Positions 40,701-51,937 are shown, counted from the stretch's first letter. The stretch: 64,000 bases of DNA from a bacterium (GCA_050951765.1 JBMNJR010000009.1:8547-72546), one strand, 5' to 3'. Notes: a model not told the origin generated them from the sequence alone. Made by a program: numbers and translations.

Positions 40701-42066
40701 GTGCGCATTATCGTGGTAGGGGCGGGGGAAGTCGGTTTTGAAATAGCGGCCCGCCTTTCCCGTAGCAATCAAGATGTGGTAGTAATTGAGCAGGATCAAA
40801 ATTTAGTAAATAAAATGGAAAATGCCCTGGATGTTTTAGTTATTCAGGGTAATGGTGCCAGTGCCAAGGTTTTGGAGGCTGCAGGAATCAAGCAAACCAG
40901 GCTTTTGATTGCAGTAACCGGATTGGACGAATTAAATATTATGGCTTGTATGTTGGCCAAAAGATACGGAGTAGAAAAAACTGTTGCCAGGGTGCGTAAT
41001 CCGGAATATGGGGCGAAAAACCCGGTTTTGGCCAATGAAACCTTGGGTATTGATTTGGTTATTAACCCGGAACGGGTGGCAGCATCGGAAATAATTAAAC
41101 TAATTAAGACCCCTGCTGCTACAGAAGTGGAATATTTTGCCCACGGCCGCGTACAAATATTGGGCTTTCGGGTCGATGTTGAGGCCCCCATTGCGGGGAA
41201 AAAGATCAAGGATTTATCCTTATCTAGTCTTATTGTTGCCATTACCCGCAATGGTGAAGTAATTATTCCCGGCGGTAATGATATGATCCTGCCGAATGAC
41301 ACTCTGTTCGTCATCGGCAAAACCGGGTCCATGTCTGAGATAGGTTTTCTGGTGGGGAAAAGCAGTGAACGTATTCGGCGGGTAATGGTTGTAGGGGGGA
41401 GTATTGTCGGCTACAACCTGGTGCAAATGTTGCAAAAATATAAGGCACTGGGCGTGACAGTTAAACTCATTGAACAAAATAAAGAACGCTGTCAGCAATT
41501 GGCAGAGGAATTACCGGATGTGTTAGTATTGCATGGCAGCGGGACAGATCTGGAATTATTGAGGGAAGAGGGAATTGAGGAGACAGACGCCTTTATTGCA
41601 GTGACCGGAAATGATGAAGTTAATATTCTCTCTTGCTTATTGGCAAAGCATTTTAGGGTGCGAAAAGTTATCTTAGAGGTGGGTAAGTCGGAATACGCAC
41701 CTATGGTAGATACCTTAGGGATTGATTTGGCAGTCCACCCGCGCCTGATTACTGCCACTACTATCTTAAATTTGATCAAAAAGCAACAGGTACTTTCCAT
41801 AGCGATTTTGAAGGAGGAGCGGGTTCAGGCTCTTGAGGTGAAGGTGCCGCCTGGATCTGCCCTTTTTGCAAAAAAAAATACGGGACCCTGCAATGGCCCG
41901 AGGGAGCATTGGTCGGCTGCATTTGGCGCAATGGGGAGGTAATTATTCCCCGGGGGAATGATGTGTTGCTGGCTAATGATCATTTAATTATTATTTCCCT
42001 CCCGGAGGCAAGTGAAAGCTGTTACAAACTATTTCACACCGCGGTCTTAGGAGGAAGCTACAATGA
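40701..42066 (+). CDS. trkA: Trk potassium uptake RCK subunit, frameshifted near 41870-41890 (3' end approximate)
   Basis: IIVVGAGEVG, two RCK units; C-terminus continues in ORF starting 41909. Confidence 0.88.
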
Positions 42067-43546
42067 GGGTAGGTGTGGTTTTTCATATATTAGGCAATTT
42101 GCTGATCTATTTAGGTGCATCGATGTTACTTCCCCTAGCTTGGGCTTTATATTTTGGGGAAAACTTACTGCCATTATTTGCGGCAAGTGTGTTCACTGTC
42201 AGCAGCGGACTGCTACTGCGTTTTTTTACTGCCCCGGCTAACTGAGTTAACCAACCGGGAAGGATTTGCCATTGCTACGTTTGGGTGGATTACAGCAGCA
42301 CTGTTTGGCTCACTGCCTTTCATTTTTGCCGGGGTAACGCCAAATCTAATCGATGCATTTTTTGAGTCCATGTCCGGGTTTACAACTACCGGCGCTACCC
42401 TGCTTTCCGATATTGAAGCAGTGCCGCGGGGTATTCTGTTTTGGCGGAGTTTTACCCACTGGTTAGGGGGTATGGGGATAATTGTTCTTTCGGTGGCAAT
42501 TGTGCCCCGCTTAGGAGCAGGCGGGCTACAGCTGTTTAAGGCTGAAGTTCCCGGGTCCCACAACCGACCGGTTATTGCCGCGGATAGCAGCTACTGCCCG
42601 TGTTCTCTATTTAGTATATATAGGACTTTCCCTGGCACAGACCTTTTTATTATATGTGGGCGGGCTTTCACTTTTTGAAGCATTGACCCATACCTTTGCC
42701 ACCATGGGTACAGGGGGTTTCTCGACAAAAAACTTGAGTGTGGCTGCCTTTAATAACCTGTATCTGGAAGTAATAATAATCTGCTTTATGTTTTTGGCAG
42801 GTACCAATTTTTCTTTGCACTACCAGGCTTTTATGGGCAAGCCCCGTTCCTTTTGGGAGAACAGTGAATTTCGTTTTTATACCTTTGTGGTGGTCAGCGC
42901 TACTCTCTTGATTACGTTAAATTTATGGTGGTTTTACTACGATGATATTTTAATTTCCTTGCGCCATGCCGCTTTCCAGGTTGTTTCCATTGTTACAACC
43001 ACTGGTTTTATTTCCGCAGATTATGAGAGCTGGCCGGTTTTTTCCCAAAGCATATTATTGCTGTTAATGTTTTTGGGCGGCTGTGCCGGCTCCACCGGCG
43101 GGGCGATCAAGCAGGTCCGAATTCTGGTATTATTAAAATACGGCTGGCGGGAGCTTTACCGCTTGCTCCATCCCCGGGCAGTTATCCCGTTGCGCCTAGG
43201 CAATACAAAGCTGTTCCCGATTCTGTGGTCGCCGAGATTGCCGGCTTTATCTTTTCTGTACGGTGTAATTTTTGTGCTCAGTGTTTTGTTGCTAACAGCT
43301 TTTAATATTGATTTAGTCAGTTCTATTTCTGCGGTGGCGGCAACATTAGGCAATATCGGACACTGGGCTGGGCGTCGTCGGCCCTGGGAGACAACTATGG
43401 AGGGTTGCCGCATGGCGGTAAAGATTTGTATTAAGTTTTTTAATGCTATGCGGGCGCCTCGAGATTTATACGGTTTTAGCGTTATTGATCCCGGATTATC
43501 TGCGGGAACCTGGATTTTTCTCCCGGCGGTCCACTGCCAGTTTTAG
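42063..43546 (+). CDS. trkH: Trk potassium uptake membrane subunit, several frameshifts
   Basis: [38 protein letters not shown] spread over three frames. Confidence 0.88.
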
Positions 43547-43995
43547 TGATAGAGCATAAGCAGGGCACCACCTGCCAGTAAAAGCATCCCTACAAATTTC
43601 CACCAGGTGAAGCAGATGGGCTGGAGTCCGAACAGGCCCAAATGATCAATAGCCAAGGCTGTTGACACTTGGCCAACAATGATGGCAGTTGTGGCCACTG
43701 CCACACCTAATTGGGGAATACTTCTGGCAACCAGGTAGATGATGATTACGCTTAGAATTCCTCCCAAGAGGGTATACCAGGGGACCTGGGTTAATTTGTG
43801 TAGTTCCTGGCGGTCAGAGGAGGATAGCAAAACAATAGCGCTTACAGTTATTGTGCCAATAACATGTACAATTAGGGTAGCATTTACCAGACCGATAATT
43901 TTGCCTAAGGCTGAATTGAGGGAACCTTGCACTGCCATGGCCATTCCGGAAAGAAGAGCAATGAGAAGATAAAGCGGCTTCAGAATCGGTTTCAA
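43543..43995 (-). CDS. DMT family (YdcZ-like) transporter
   Basis: AVQGSLNS, PWYTLLGG, GQ..ALAIDHLGLFG. Confidence 0.85.
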   Translation of the reverse strand: MKPILKPLYLLIALLSGMAMAVQGSLNSALGKIIGLVNATLIVHVIGTITVSAIVLLSSSDRQELHKLTQVPWYTLLGGILSVIIIYLVARSIPQLGVAVATTAIIVGQVSTALAIDHLGLFGLQPICFTWWKFVGMLLLAGGALLMLYH

Positions 43996-44249
43996 CCCCT
44001 TTTTGTTAATTATTATTGAAAAGGACAGTAAGGAGGGGAAGTGGCAACACTTCCCCCATATCGAAAGTCCCGGGACCAGTGCTTGATATTGTACATCCTT
44101 AGCTTTCCTATTCAGAGAGAGAAAAAACTATTAAAATAGAGGGAGCAGAGGTAGTAGTTTACAGAAAAGGGTTTTTCTTTACTTATGCAGAAAATAAAGG
44201 GATAAATTAGGTTATATTTTCCATTTTAAGCGAAAGGAAGGGATGATAG

Positions 44250-45197
44250 TTGGCAATAAAAAAATATCAATTGGGGCGGACAGGGCTTAAGGTTACTGAA
44301 TTGTGCTTCGGTGTTTTGCCCATGGGAAAACTGCAAAAGAATCTACCGGAAGCAGAATGTGTTGCATTGCTGCAAGAAGGTGCTAGATTAGGCATAAATT
44401 TTTTTGATACTGCTGAAGCTTATAATACACAAGCATTTTTAGGTAAGGCTTTCCAGGGAGATAATGAACGGCTGGTGATTGCAACAAAATCCCATGCCAC
44501 CGGATATAAGGAAATGCAGGCCAGTGTGGAAAAATCTTTGGCTGAATTAAAACGGGATGTAATTGATATTTATCACCTGCATGCGGCGCGGGTTGATGAA
44601 AGTGTTTTTGCGGAAAGGGCAGGGGCGCTGGAATGCTTGCTGGATTATAAGGCAAAGGGGAAGATCAGGGCTGTAGGTATAGCTACCCATAATGTGAAGG
44701 TGGTAAAGGCGGCGGCAGAGCGGGAAGATATTGATGTGGTATTTCCCCTCTTAAATAAAGCGGGACGTGGCATCATAGACGGAACAGTAGCAGATATGAT
44801 CGAAGCTATCGGACAAGCAGGTGCGGCTGGTAAGGGTGTTTATATTATGAAATCCTTGGCAGGGGGAAATCTGCTCAATGAGATAAAGGGGGCCTTTGAA
44901 TTTGTGCGGCAGGTTGAGGGCAGTCAGGCTATTGCCGTAGGGATGGTCGATAAAAAAGAGATAGCATATAATTGTGCTTACTTTGCTGGCCAAGAGGTTC
45001 CGCAGCAAAGCATTACCGCGCAGCAAAAAAGACTTTCCATTCAGCGGTTTTGCATAGGGTGCGGCACTTGTGTGGAGCATTGTCCCAATGGCGCATTATC
45101 TTTAAAGGATGGGAAGGCGGTTGTTGATCATAGTTTGTGCATTCTTTGTGGCTATTGCAGTCCTCACTGTCCGCAATTTGCCATTCGTTTGGTGTAG
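44250..45197 (+). CDS. Aldo/keto reductase with 2x[4Fe-4S] domain
   Basis: FFDTAEAY, IATK, C-terminal CxxCxxCxxxCP twice. Confidence 0.9.
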   Translation: MAIKKYQLGRTGLKVTELCFGVLPMGKLQKNLPEAECVALLQEGARLGINFFDTAEAYNTQAFLGKAFQGDNERLVIATKSHATGYKEMQASVEKSLAELKRDVIDIYHLHAARVDESVFAERAGALECLLDYKAKGKIRAVGIATHNVKVVKAAAEREDIDVVFPLLNKAGRGIIDGTVADMIEAIGQAGAAGKGVYIMKSLAGGNLLNEIKGAFEFVRQVEGSQAIAVGMVDKKEIAYNCAYFAGQEVPQQSITAQQKRLSIQRFCIGCGTCVEHCPNGALSLKDGKAVVDHSLCILCGYCSPHCPQFAIRLV

Positions 45198-45214
45198 ATA
45201 AAGTTAAGAGACAG

Positions 45215-45259
45215 AAGGACAGGCTACTTTTATGCAATAAAAGTAGCCTGTCCTTTTTT
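45215..45259 (+). terminator. Long perfect hairpin (terminator, REP-like)
   Basis: AAGGACAGGCTACTTTTAT-GCA-ATAAAAGTAGCCTGTCCTT-TTT. Confidence 0.75.
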
Positions 45260-45428
45260 ACGGTGAACGCCTCACTTCGCCTCCCGGTATATTCCGTTCT
45301 TGTTGCACCTTTTCCCATGAAAATCGCCGGTCTCCCGTCACTTTTCCTGTCACTTATTGCGGGGGAAGGTCTAAAGGGTGGAGGTTGACGTAAAGATATA
45401 AGGAAAAGATGAAAGGGGGGAGGGGAGA

Positions 45429-45911
45429 TTGATAGGACGCAAAGAGGAGTTTTACACATTCCGCGGCTATACCTTGGCACAGTTTGAGCGGGATGATTTA
45501 AGCCCCAGTATGGAAGATTATTTGGAGATGATTTATCGTCTTAGCCAAGGAGATGGTTTTACCCGGGTTAATGACCTGGCCCAATCCTTAAATGTACAGC
45601 CTCCTTCAGTAACAAAAATGAGCCAGCGGCTCAGCATGAAGGGGTTAATTCAATACGAGCGCTATGGTGTTATCGTTTTAACCCGGCTAGGCCGGCAGGT
45701 GGGTGAGTACTTATTTGAGCGGCATGCTATGTTGGAGGAGTTTTTCCGGATCATTGGTGTCAGACAGCGGCTGCTGGAAAATGTAGAACGGATCGAACAT
45801 AATCTCACCCCCGAAGCAACGCAATGCCTATTCCAACTGGTAGGTTTTCTACAGGAAAACCCCGGTATCCGGGAGCAGTTTGCCCGGTACCGGGGTGATA
45901 TGGGTGGGTAG
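45429..45911 (+). CDS. DtxR/MntR-family metal-dependent repressor
   Basis: SMEDYLEMIY, VQPPSVTKM, RH..LEEF, ERIEH. Confidence 0.9.
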   Translation: MIGRKEEFYTFRGYTLAQFERDDLSPSMEDYLEMIYRLSQGDGFTRVNDLAQSLNVQPPSVTKMSQRLSMKGLIQYERYGVIVLTRLGRQVGEYLFERHAMLEEFFRIIGVRQRLLENVERIEHNLTPEATQCLFQLVGFLQENPGIREQFARYRGDMGG

Positions 45912-45921
45912 GAAAGATTTA

Positions 45922-47271
45922 TTACACCAATTGTAGTATCTGCATGATCCGGGTGACGGTAAAGCAGGCGATAATTGCTATACCGGTGGGAAGCAGAGCG
46001 CTGATAAGGGTCCATTTTTTACTCCCTGTTTCCCGGAAAATGGTGAGCAGTGTTGTGGCACAGGGATAGTGCAGGAGGGAAAACAGCATTACATTTACAG
46101 CTGTGAGCCAATTCCAGTCGTTTGCTCTTAATACTGCGCCCAAAGCTTGAAGGCTGGCAAGCTCCAGCATTGTTCCTTCTGCCAGGTAACCCATCAGGGC
46201 AATGGGTAAGACAATTTCATTAGCCGGTAGGCCCAGGATAAAAGCAAGGATGATCATACCGTCCATGCCTAAGGCATGGCCAAAGGGGTCTAACCAATTG
46301 GCCACATGGGCCAAGATTGCCATATCACCACAGGTGACATTGGCCAAGGTCCAGGTAATGGCTCCAGCCGGCGCTGCGACTATGAGTGCTCTGGTAAGGA
46401 CAAAAAGGGTGCGATCTAAAAGGGAACGGATGAGGATCTTCCCAACTTGCGGCGGGCGGTAGGGAGGGAGTTCTAAGGTAAAGGTAGACGGTATCCCCTT
46501 AAGTATAGTGTGGGATAAAAGCCAGGACATGGTTAAGGTAACAGCGATGCCAAAGAGTACCATGAGGACAATTATCCCTGCTGCGATCAGGGAATTGGAA
46601 TGGCTTGTAACCATTTCACCCCAAAAGATGGTTGAAAGGGTGATCATGAGCGGGAAGCGGCCGTTGCAGGGGACAAAGTTATTGGTAAGTATAGCCAAGA
46701 GCTTTTCCCGCGGTGAATCGATGATGCGGCAGGCAATTACCCCGGCTGCATTACAGCCAAAACCCATACACATGGTCAATGCCTGTTTGCCATGGGCTCC
46801 GGCTTGTTTAAAGAACCGGTCTAAGTTAAATGCTACCCGGGGTAGGTAACCTAAATCTTCGAAAAGGGTGAAGAGAGGGAAAAAGATGGCCATTGGCGGC
46901 AACATGACCGCTATCACCCAAGCCAGTCCTCGATATAAACCGTAGACAAATATCCCGTGTAGCCAAGGTGGAGCCCCAAAACCGAGGAAGAGGCTGCTTA
47001 AGTGTCCTTCCAGCCAGGAAAACATAGTTGTCAGAGCTGTTGCCGGGTATTCCGCCCCTACCAGAGTGATCCAGAATATACCGCCTAAGAGTAAGAACAT
47101 GATGGGGAAGCCCAGGTGAGGCGATGTAAGGATGGCATCAAGTTGTTCATCAAAAAACGGCCGGGGGTTTTTCTGGCGGTGGACTACCTTGTTAGCAACG
47201 ATTTCCGCCTGCCGGTAAATTGTGCCGGTTATTTCATCCCGGATGTGCAAGTTGCGGTTTGCCTTCTGCAT
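45922..47271 (-). CDS. feoB: FeoB membrane (Gate/nucleoside-recognition) moiety, separate gene
   Basis: EDLGYLPR, GFGCNA, VPCNGR, ELPPYR, YPCATT; own RBS AAAGGAG. Confidence 0.85.
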   Translation of the reverse strand: MQKANRNLHIRDEITGTIYRQAEIVANKVVHRQKNPRPFFDEQLDAILTSPHLGFPIMFLLLGGIFWITLVGAEYPATALTTMFSWLEGHLSSLFLGFGAPPWLHGIFVYGLYRGLAWVIAVMLPPMAIFFPLFTLFEDLGYLPRVAFNLDRFFKQAGAHGKQALTMCMGFGCNAAGVIACRIIDSPREKLLAILTNNFVPCNGRFPLMITLSTIFWGEMVTSHSNSLIAAGIIVLMVLFGIAVTLTMSWLLSHTILKGIPSTFTLELPPYRPPQVGKILIRSLLDRTLFVLTRALIVAAPAGAITWTLANVTCGDMAILAHVANWLDPFGHALGMDGMIILAFILGLPANEIVLPIALMGYLAEGTMLELASLQALGAVLRANDWNWLTAVNVMLFSLLHYPCATTLLTIFRETGSKKWTLISALLPTGIAIIACFTVTRIMQILQLV

Positions 47272-47337
47272 ATGCTCACTCCTTTGTAGAACAGGGGATG
47301 CTCCACAAAGAACTGTCTCCTGTTTCGTGGGTGTCAG

Positions 47338-48150
47338 TTAACCAAGCGCATACTTTTCCAGCGAAGCTTTGAACACCGGTGCAGGTAATTCGGCTGTGGG
47401 GGGAGTAAAGTCTGTCAAGTAACGATTAATGGCTGCAATCAAGCTTTGGTCACCATCCATCAACCGCAAGGCAAGCCAGCGGGGGTTTAAGTAAGTGGTG
47501 ATTTCGCCGCTGAGATTATTGGCCAGTTTAGCGGCAGCTGCTTCTATGGCCGGGCTGTAGAGGATTTGGCAGGGCGTAGGCAGCAGGCTGCCGGTGGCTA
47601 TGGCATAGACCGTGTCCAGTAATTGGTTTATTCCTGTGCCGGTTCTGGCCACTGTTCCAACTACAGGCACACCTAACTCTTTAGCCAAGGCCGGGAGATC
47701 AATCTGAAAACCTTTGCGGCGGGCTTCATCCAAGAGATTGACACATACTATCACCCGCGAGGTAATCTCTAACACCTGGAGTACCAAGTTCAAGTTTCGC
47801 TCTAAGCAGGTGGCATCGGTCACAACGATACAGGCATCGGGTTGGGCAAAACAAAGAAAATCGCGGGCAACCTCTTCTTCACTGGAGTTTGCCAAGAGGG
47901 AATAAGTACCCGGAAGGTCCACCAGGGTAAAGGTTTTGTCCCGATGGGTAAAGGTTCCTTGGGCTTGGAGGACGGTTTTTCCGGGCCAGTTGCCGGTATG
48001 TTGTTTGAGGCCGGTTAGATAATTAAAGAGGGTACTCTTGCCGGTGTTGGGATTTCCTGCTAAGGCAACTATGGGTTGGCCTTCTATTTTTTCGATATTG
48101 AACTGTTTATTCGGTGTTTTTATCCCTCTATCTGCTGTTTGATGCTTCAT
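47338..48150 (-). CDS. feoB: FeoB small-GTPase moiety, separate gene
   Basis: GNPNTGKST, TGNWPGKTV, DLPGTYS, LERNL. Confidence 0.88.
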   Translation of the reverse strand: MKHQTADRGIKTPNKQFNIEKIEGQPIVALAGNPNTGKSTLFNYLTGLKQHTGNWPGKTVLQAQGTFTHRDKTFTLVDLPGTYSLLANSSEEEVARDFLCFAQPDACIVVTDATCLERNLNLVLQVLEITSRVIVCVNLLDEARRKGFQIDLPALAKELGVPVVGTVARTGTGINQLLDTVYAIATGSLLPTPCQILYSPAIEAAAAKLANNLSGEITTYLNPRWLALRLMDGDQSLIAAINRYLTDFTPPTAELPAPVFKASLEKYALG

Positions 48151-48277
48151 TTCACCTTATCCCCTTCCATGTGGCGGTATGGGTAAAACTGTTAAACCGG
48201 GAATTGTAGAGGTGGTCTTTGACTACCCGCACGAAACTGGCAACCACAGGACTCCTATACTACACAATTTGCCTCCA

Positions 48278-48568
48278 TCACTTATTGACAGGTTGTACCA
48301 AGATCAAATTAGCTTCCTCGGATCTAAGGGCTATGGTTGCTCCCCGAATTAGGTAGGCGGTAGGATCGCCTAAGGGACTGCGGTATAAAATTTGTATTTT
48401 TGTACCGGGGGTTATCCCCAGATCTAAAAGGCGGTGTCTAATTGCCCCCTGTCCTTTTAATTGGACTACTAAGACCTGTGTCCCCGGAGTAAGGTGACCC
48501 AATGGTTTAGCAACAGCGTGACAATGATTATCCGGCAGCATAAAAAGATAATTCCTCCTTTGAGGCAT
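48278..48568 (-). CDS. feoA: FeoA
   Basis: RLLDLGITPG, SPLGDPTAY.IRG..IALR. Confidence 0.9.
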   Translation of the reverse strand: MPQRRNYLFMLPDNHCHAVAKPLGHLTPGTQVLVVQLKGQGAIRHRLLDLGITPGTKIQILYRSPLGDPTAYLIRGATIALRSEEANLILVQPVNK

Positions 48569-48638
48569 ATAGGTTTGCGCAAATAAGGGTGTTTGCGCTG
48601 CTGGTTTTGCCGATAATACTGGTTATCTGCGGTTAATA

Positions 48639-48699
48639 AATTTACCCGTGGCTAAATTCTATACTTCAATGTAGCATATGAAGCTGAAGAAAAAATGGT
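48639..48699 (-). promoter_or_regulatory. DtxR/MntR-like box and sigK-like promoter upstream of feoA
   Basis: AATTTA-N8-TAAATT palindrome (48639-48658); AC-N17-CATATGCT (48699-48673). Confidence 0.55.
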
Positions 48700-48863
48700 G
48701 ACTGGCTTATGCGGTTATCTTTGCTAAGAGGGGAGCAGTATAATTATATATGATAGTAAGAATATTTTGCATATTGTGCGGGCAATCAGATCCGGCCAGA
48801 GAATAATATTATTCAAGGGAGAAAACAATAGCATTATGACACAAGAATAGGGAGGTAGAAAAC

Positions 48864-50277
48864 TTGTGGCTGCTGCAGAGAAAAAGTTTACTCGGGTTTG
48901 GTATTATAGGTATTATATCAATAGCTTTAGTTGCCTGCGGTATGGGCACAGAGCTGGAAACAATAGAGAATAAGGATGCTGTTGTGGAAAGTGAAGGGGT
49001 TATTGTTGTGGGGGCGGGAGCAGCGGGATTGGCGGCAGCCATCGCTGCTGCCGATGCCGGTTCACCGGTAATTTTACTGGAAAAACTGCCGGTGGTGGGC
49101 GGCAGCGCCCTTTGCTCCGGTGGAGTTATATACGGTGCCAATACTCCTGTTCAGGAACGGGCTGGAATTGAAGATTCTGTTGATGCATTATTCGCGTACT
49201 GGCAGGGATATACTGGAGAAAACACTGATGAACAGTTGCTGTATTTGGTGTCAGAAGGCTCCGGTGATACTATTGCCTGGCTGGAAAGCTTAGGGGTTCA
49301 GTTTGGGGAACTCCGCCCTGCCGGAGACAGTCCGGTTCCCCGGGCGCACCAACCGGCGGCAGGCAGGGGAGCAGCTTTAATTAGCCCATTGGAACAGGCA
49401 GCCCGGGAAAAAGGTGTGGAAATCTTGCTGGAAACCCGGGGCAGGGAACTGTTAACTGATGATGAAGGGAATGTAATTGGTGTACAGGTGGAGAATAGGG
49501 ATGGGGAAAGAATGCGTATTTATGGGCGTGCGGTGGTTTTAGCTACCGGAGGATTTGGTTGCAGTACCGGCTTGAAGGAACAATATACTCCGGCTGCCGC
49601 AGGCCAAGTTATGGCCCGTGAGCTGGGAGCAGATATTATTACTCCCGGTAATGTAATCGGCTTTCGCGGTGTGGGACACAATATATCCATTGGCCATCCG
49701 GTGGGCAGTTTGATTACTATCCCTTCGTTATATGTTGACAGCCAAGGGCGGCGTTTTGTCAATGAGGCACTGGATTATCCCTTATTCTATGAGGCAATGC
49801 TGGCAAACGGGGATGATACATTTTACCTGATTTTAGCTGGGAAGCCTGAACAAGAAATCTTAGCCCAGGGGATAGAGTTGGGTGTGGTCTTTAGAGGCGA
49901 AACTATTGTTGAACTATCCCGGGCAGCAGGTATTGATGGCGCTCAGTTAGAGCAAACAATAGCAGCATATAATAGTTATGCCCATGCAGGGGAGGATTTA
50001 CAATATGGTAAAGACCCGCAGTATCTAAATGCCATTGAAGGGCCGGGCTTTTAATGCCATAAAGGTAGTTCTGGCCAACTTGGGGACATTAGGTGGTTTA
50101 CGGATTAACCTCAAGGCACAGGTGCTTGATCCTGCGGGGAACCCGATTCCAGGTCTATACGCTGCCGGTGAGGTGGCAAACGGTCAACTTTTTGCCTCTT
50201 ATCCTGCCAGTGGGACATCACTTCAGGTGGCCTTTTCCCTCGGACGCTTGGCCGGCCAACAGGCTGCAGGTGAATAG
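48864..50277 (+). CDS. Lipoprotein FAD-dependent oxidoreductase (flavocytochrome c/FAD_binding_2), +1 frameshift near 50052
   Basis: Lipobox LVAC, GAGAAG, LATGGF, GRRFVNE, GLYAAGE. Confidence 0.85.
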
Positions 50278-50332
50278 TTGTTAGGACACGCCTCCAGTTT
50301 ATGAAGCTGGGGGCTTTACTTATTTCCAATTC

Positions 50333-51865
50333 CCTAGTGTAAAATAATTGTAGGAAAAAAGAAACAAGAGATCGTCCTTTTTGGTAAAATGAAGTTGCCA
50401 ACAACATTACCAAAGGAGGAGATCTCTTGTTTGATACTATTCTACTACAAATCTGTCAGAATTTCATAAGGGAAGTAGCAGAATTTTTCATTGAAGGTGA
50501 TGGACCTAAAACGATAGCAGAAATGGAAGTAAATCTTAAAGAAAAGGCCGATAATTTCATAGTAGAGATTGTAGAAGCGTACCTTGAGGAGCTGGACAAA
50601 TCCATAGTTGATGATAAAGCAAGTAGAAGACAAGAAGGAATTGTAATTGAGCGTAGGAAAGATAAGCGGGAGCTTTATACACAGTTTGGACAGATAGTAT
50701 TCAGCAGGACCTATTTTCATGCTCAAAGGAACGATGAGCATGTCTATTTATTGGATAAAGCAGTAGGGATAGAGAGATACGAACGAGTATCCACCGCTGT
50801 TACGCAAAGGCTCATAGAATGTGCTAGTGAAAACTCGTACGGTAAAAGCAGTAAATACGTTACAAAGGGCGAAGTAAGCAGGCAAACAGTGATGAATAAG
50901 CTACGCAAGGTAAAAAAATTAAAGATAGATCTGCCCACCGAAAAACGCCAGGCATCGGTATTATATATAAATGCAGATGAAGACCATGCATCCATGCAAG
51001 GCGGTAAAAACAGCATAGTACCGCTGATAAGCATACACGAAGGGATAGAAAGACAAGGAAAGCGCGGCAGCTGCATCAATACCCATTACATAAGCAGTAG
51101 TGGTAAAGACAATGAAGACCTATGGTTAGAGGCGGCAGAATGGATATATGAGGCCTATGAAGCCGAGAAGATAGAACACATCTATCTACATGGTGATGGC
51201 GCGGCCTGGATAAAAGAAGGCCTAAAATGGCTTCCCAACACTAAGTTAGTATTAGATCGTTACCACCTGAATAAAGCAATCATGACTGCTACGAGCCAAC
51301 ACCCGGAAGCAAGAACTGCTATTTACACAGCACTTTCAAACTCTGATAAAGAGGCCTTTAGAGCAATCATCAAAGGCCTATACCAAAAGGCTGGCAGTGT
51401 CTCTGAGAAGGAGAAAATACGCAAATTCCATAGATATATAACCAACAACTGGGAAGCAATAGTAATATATAACCATGAAGAATGCGGCAGCAGCTGTACA
51501 GAGGGTCATGTGAGCCATATTCTCTCGAGCAGAATAAGTAGTCGTCCCATGGGCTGGAGCCCAAAAGGTCTGCAAACAATGGCAGAACTAAGGGCTTTTA
51601 TTGGAAGTGGCGGGAAGATAGAACCAAAGCATTTTAGGGATACCAGTTCAAAGTATAGATTTAATCAGAGTATGACGGCAAAAATGACCCGAGCCTACGT
51701 AAAGGTATCTAATGAAAAGTTCGCCAATATACCCATATTAAAGAGGGGTAAAGTGGTTCCGATGTTTCCCTGTTTACGTGGCCTTCAAGACGGTAATATC
51801 AGGCTCTAGTGACAAAAACCAAAAGGACGATAAAAACAAATATCCTACAACAACTTGACACGATC
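50333..51865 (+). mobile_element. ISLre2-family IS with imperfect TIRs and 9-bp TSD TTCCAATTC
   Basis: TSD at 50324-50332 and 51866-51874; TIR GTGT..TTGTAGGA / TCCTACAA..ACAC. Confidence 0.88.
50427..51809 (+). CDS. ISLre2 (UPF0236) transposase
   Basis: ADEDH, GDGAAWIK, LDRYH, EGHVSH..SSR.SSRPMGWS. Confidence 0.92.
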   Translation: MFDTILLQICQNFIREVAEFFIEGDGPKTIAEMEVNLKEKADNFIVEIVEAYLEELDKSIVDDKASRRQEGIVIERRKDKRELYTQFGQIVFSRTYFHAQRNDEHVYLLDKAVGIERYERVSTAVTQRLIECASENSYGKSSKYVTKGEVSRQTVMNKLRKVKKLKIDLPTEKRQASVLYINADEDHASMQGGKNSIVPLISIHEGIERQGKRGSCINTHYISSSGKDNEDLWLEAAEWIYEAYEAEKIEHIYLHGDGAAWIKEGLKWLPNTKLVLDRYHLNKAIMTATSQHPEARTAIYTALSNSDKEAFRAIIKGLYQKAGSVSEKEKIRKFHRYITNNWEAIVIYNHEECGSSCTEGHVSHILSSRISSRPMGWSPKGLQTMAELRAFIGSGGKIEPKHFRDTSSKYRFNQSMTAKMTRAYVKVSNEKFANIPILKRGKVVPMFPCLRGLQDGNIRL

Positions 51866-51881
51866 TTCCAATTCCTCTGTA

Positions 51882-51937
51882 TTGACATAGTGGATAGGGC
51901 TCAAGTATAATTTATTACAGATTGACTGACCAGTCGG
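51882..51937 (+). promoter_or_regulatory. sigA promoter plus putative TetR operator
   Basis: TTGACA-N18-TATAAT, then TTGACTGACCAGTCGG. Confidence 0.7.

Noticed and set aside
41870-41879. Programmed frameshift or phase variation at the trkA A-run
   Set aside because: A second nearby insertion is also needed and neighbouring trkH has many similar insertions; error is more parsimonious
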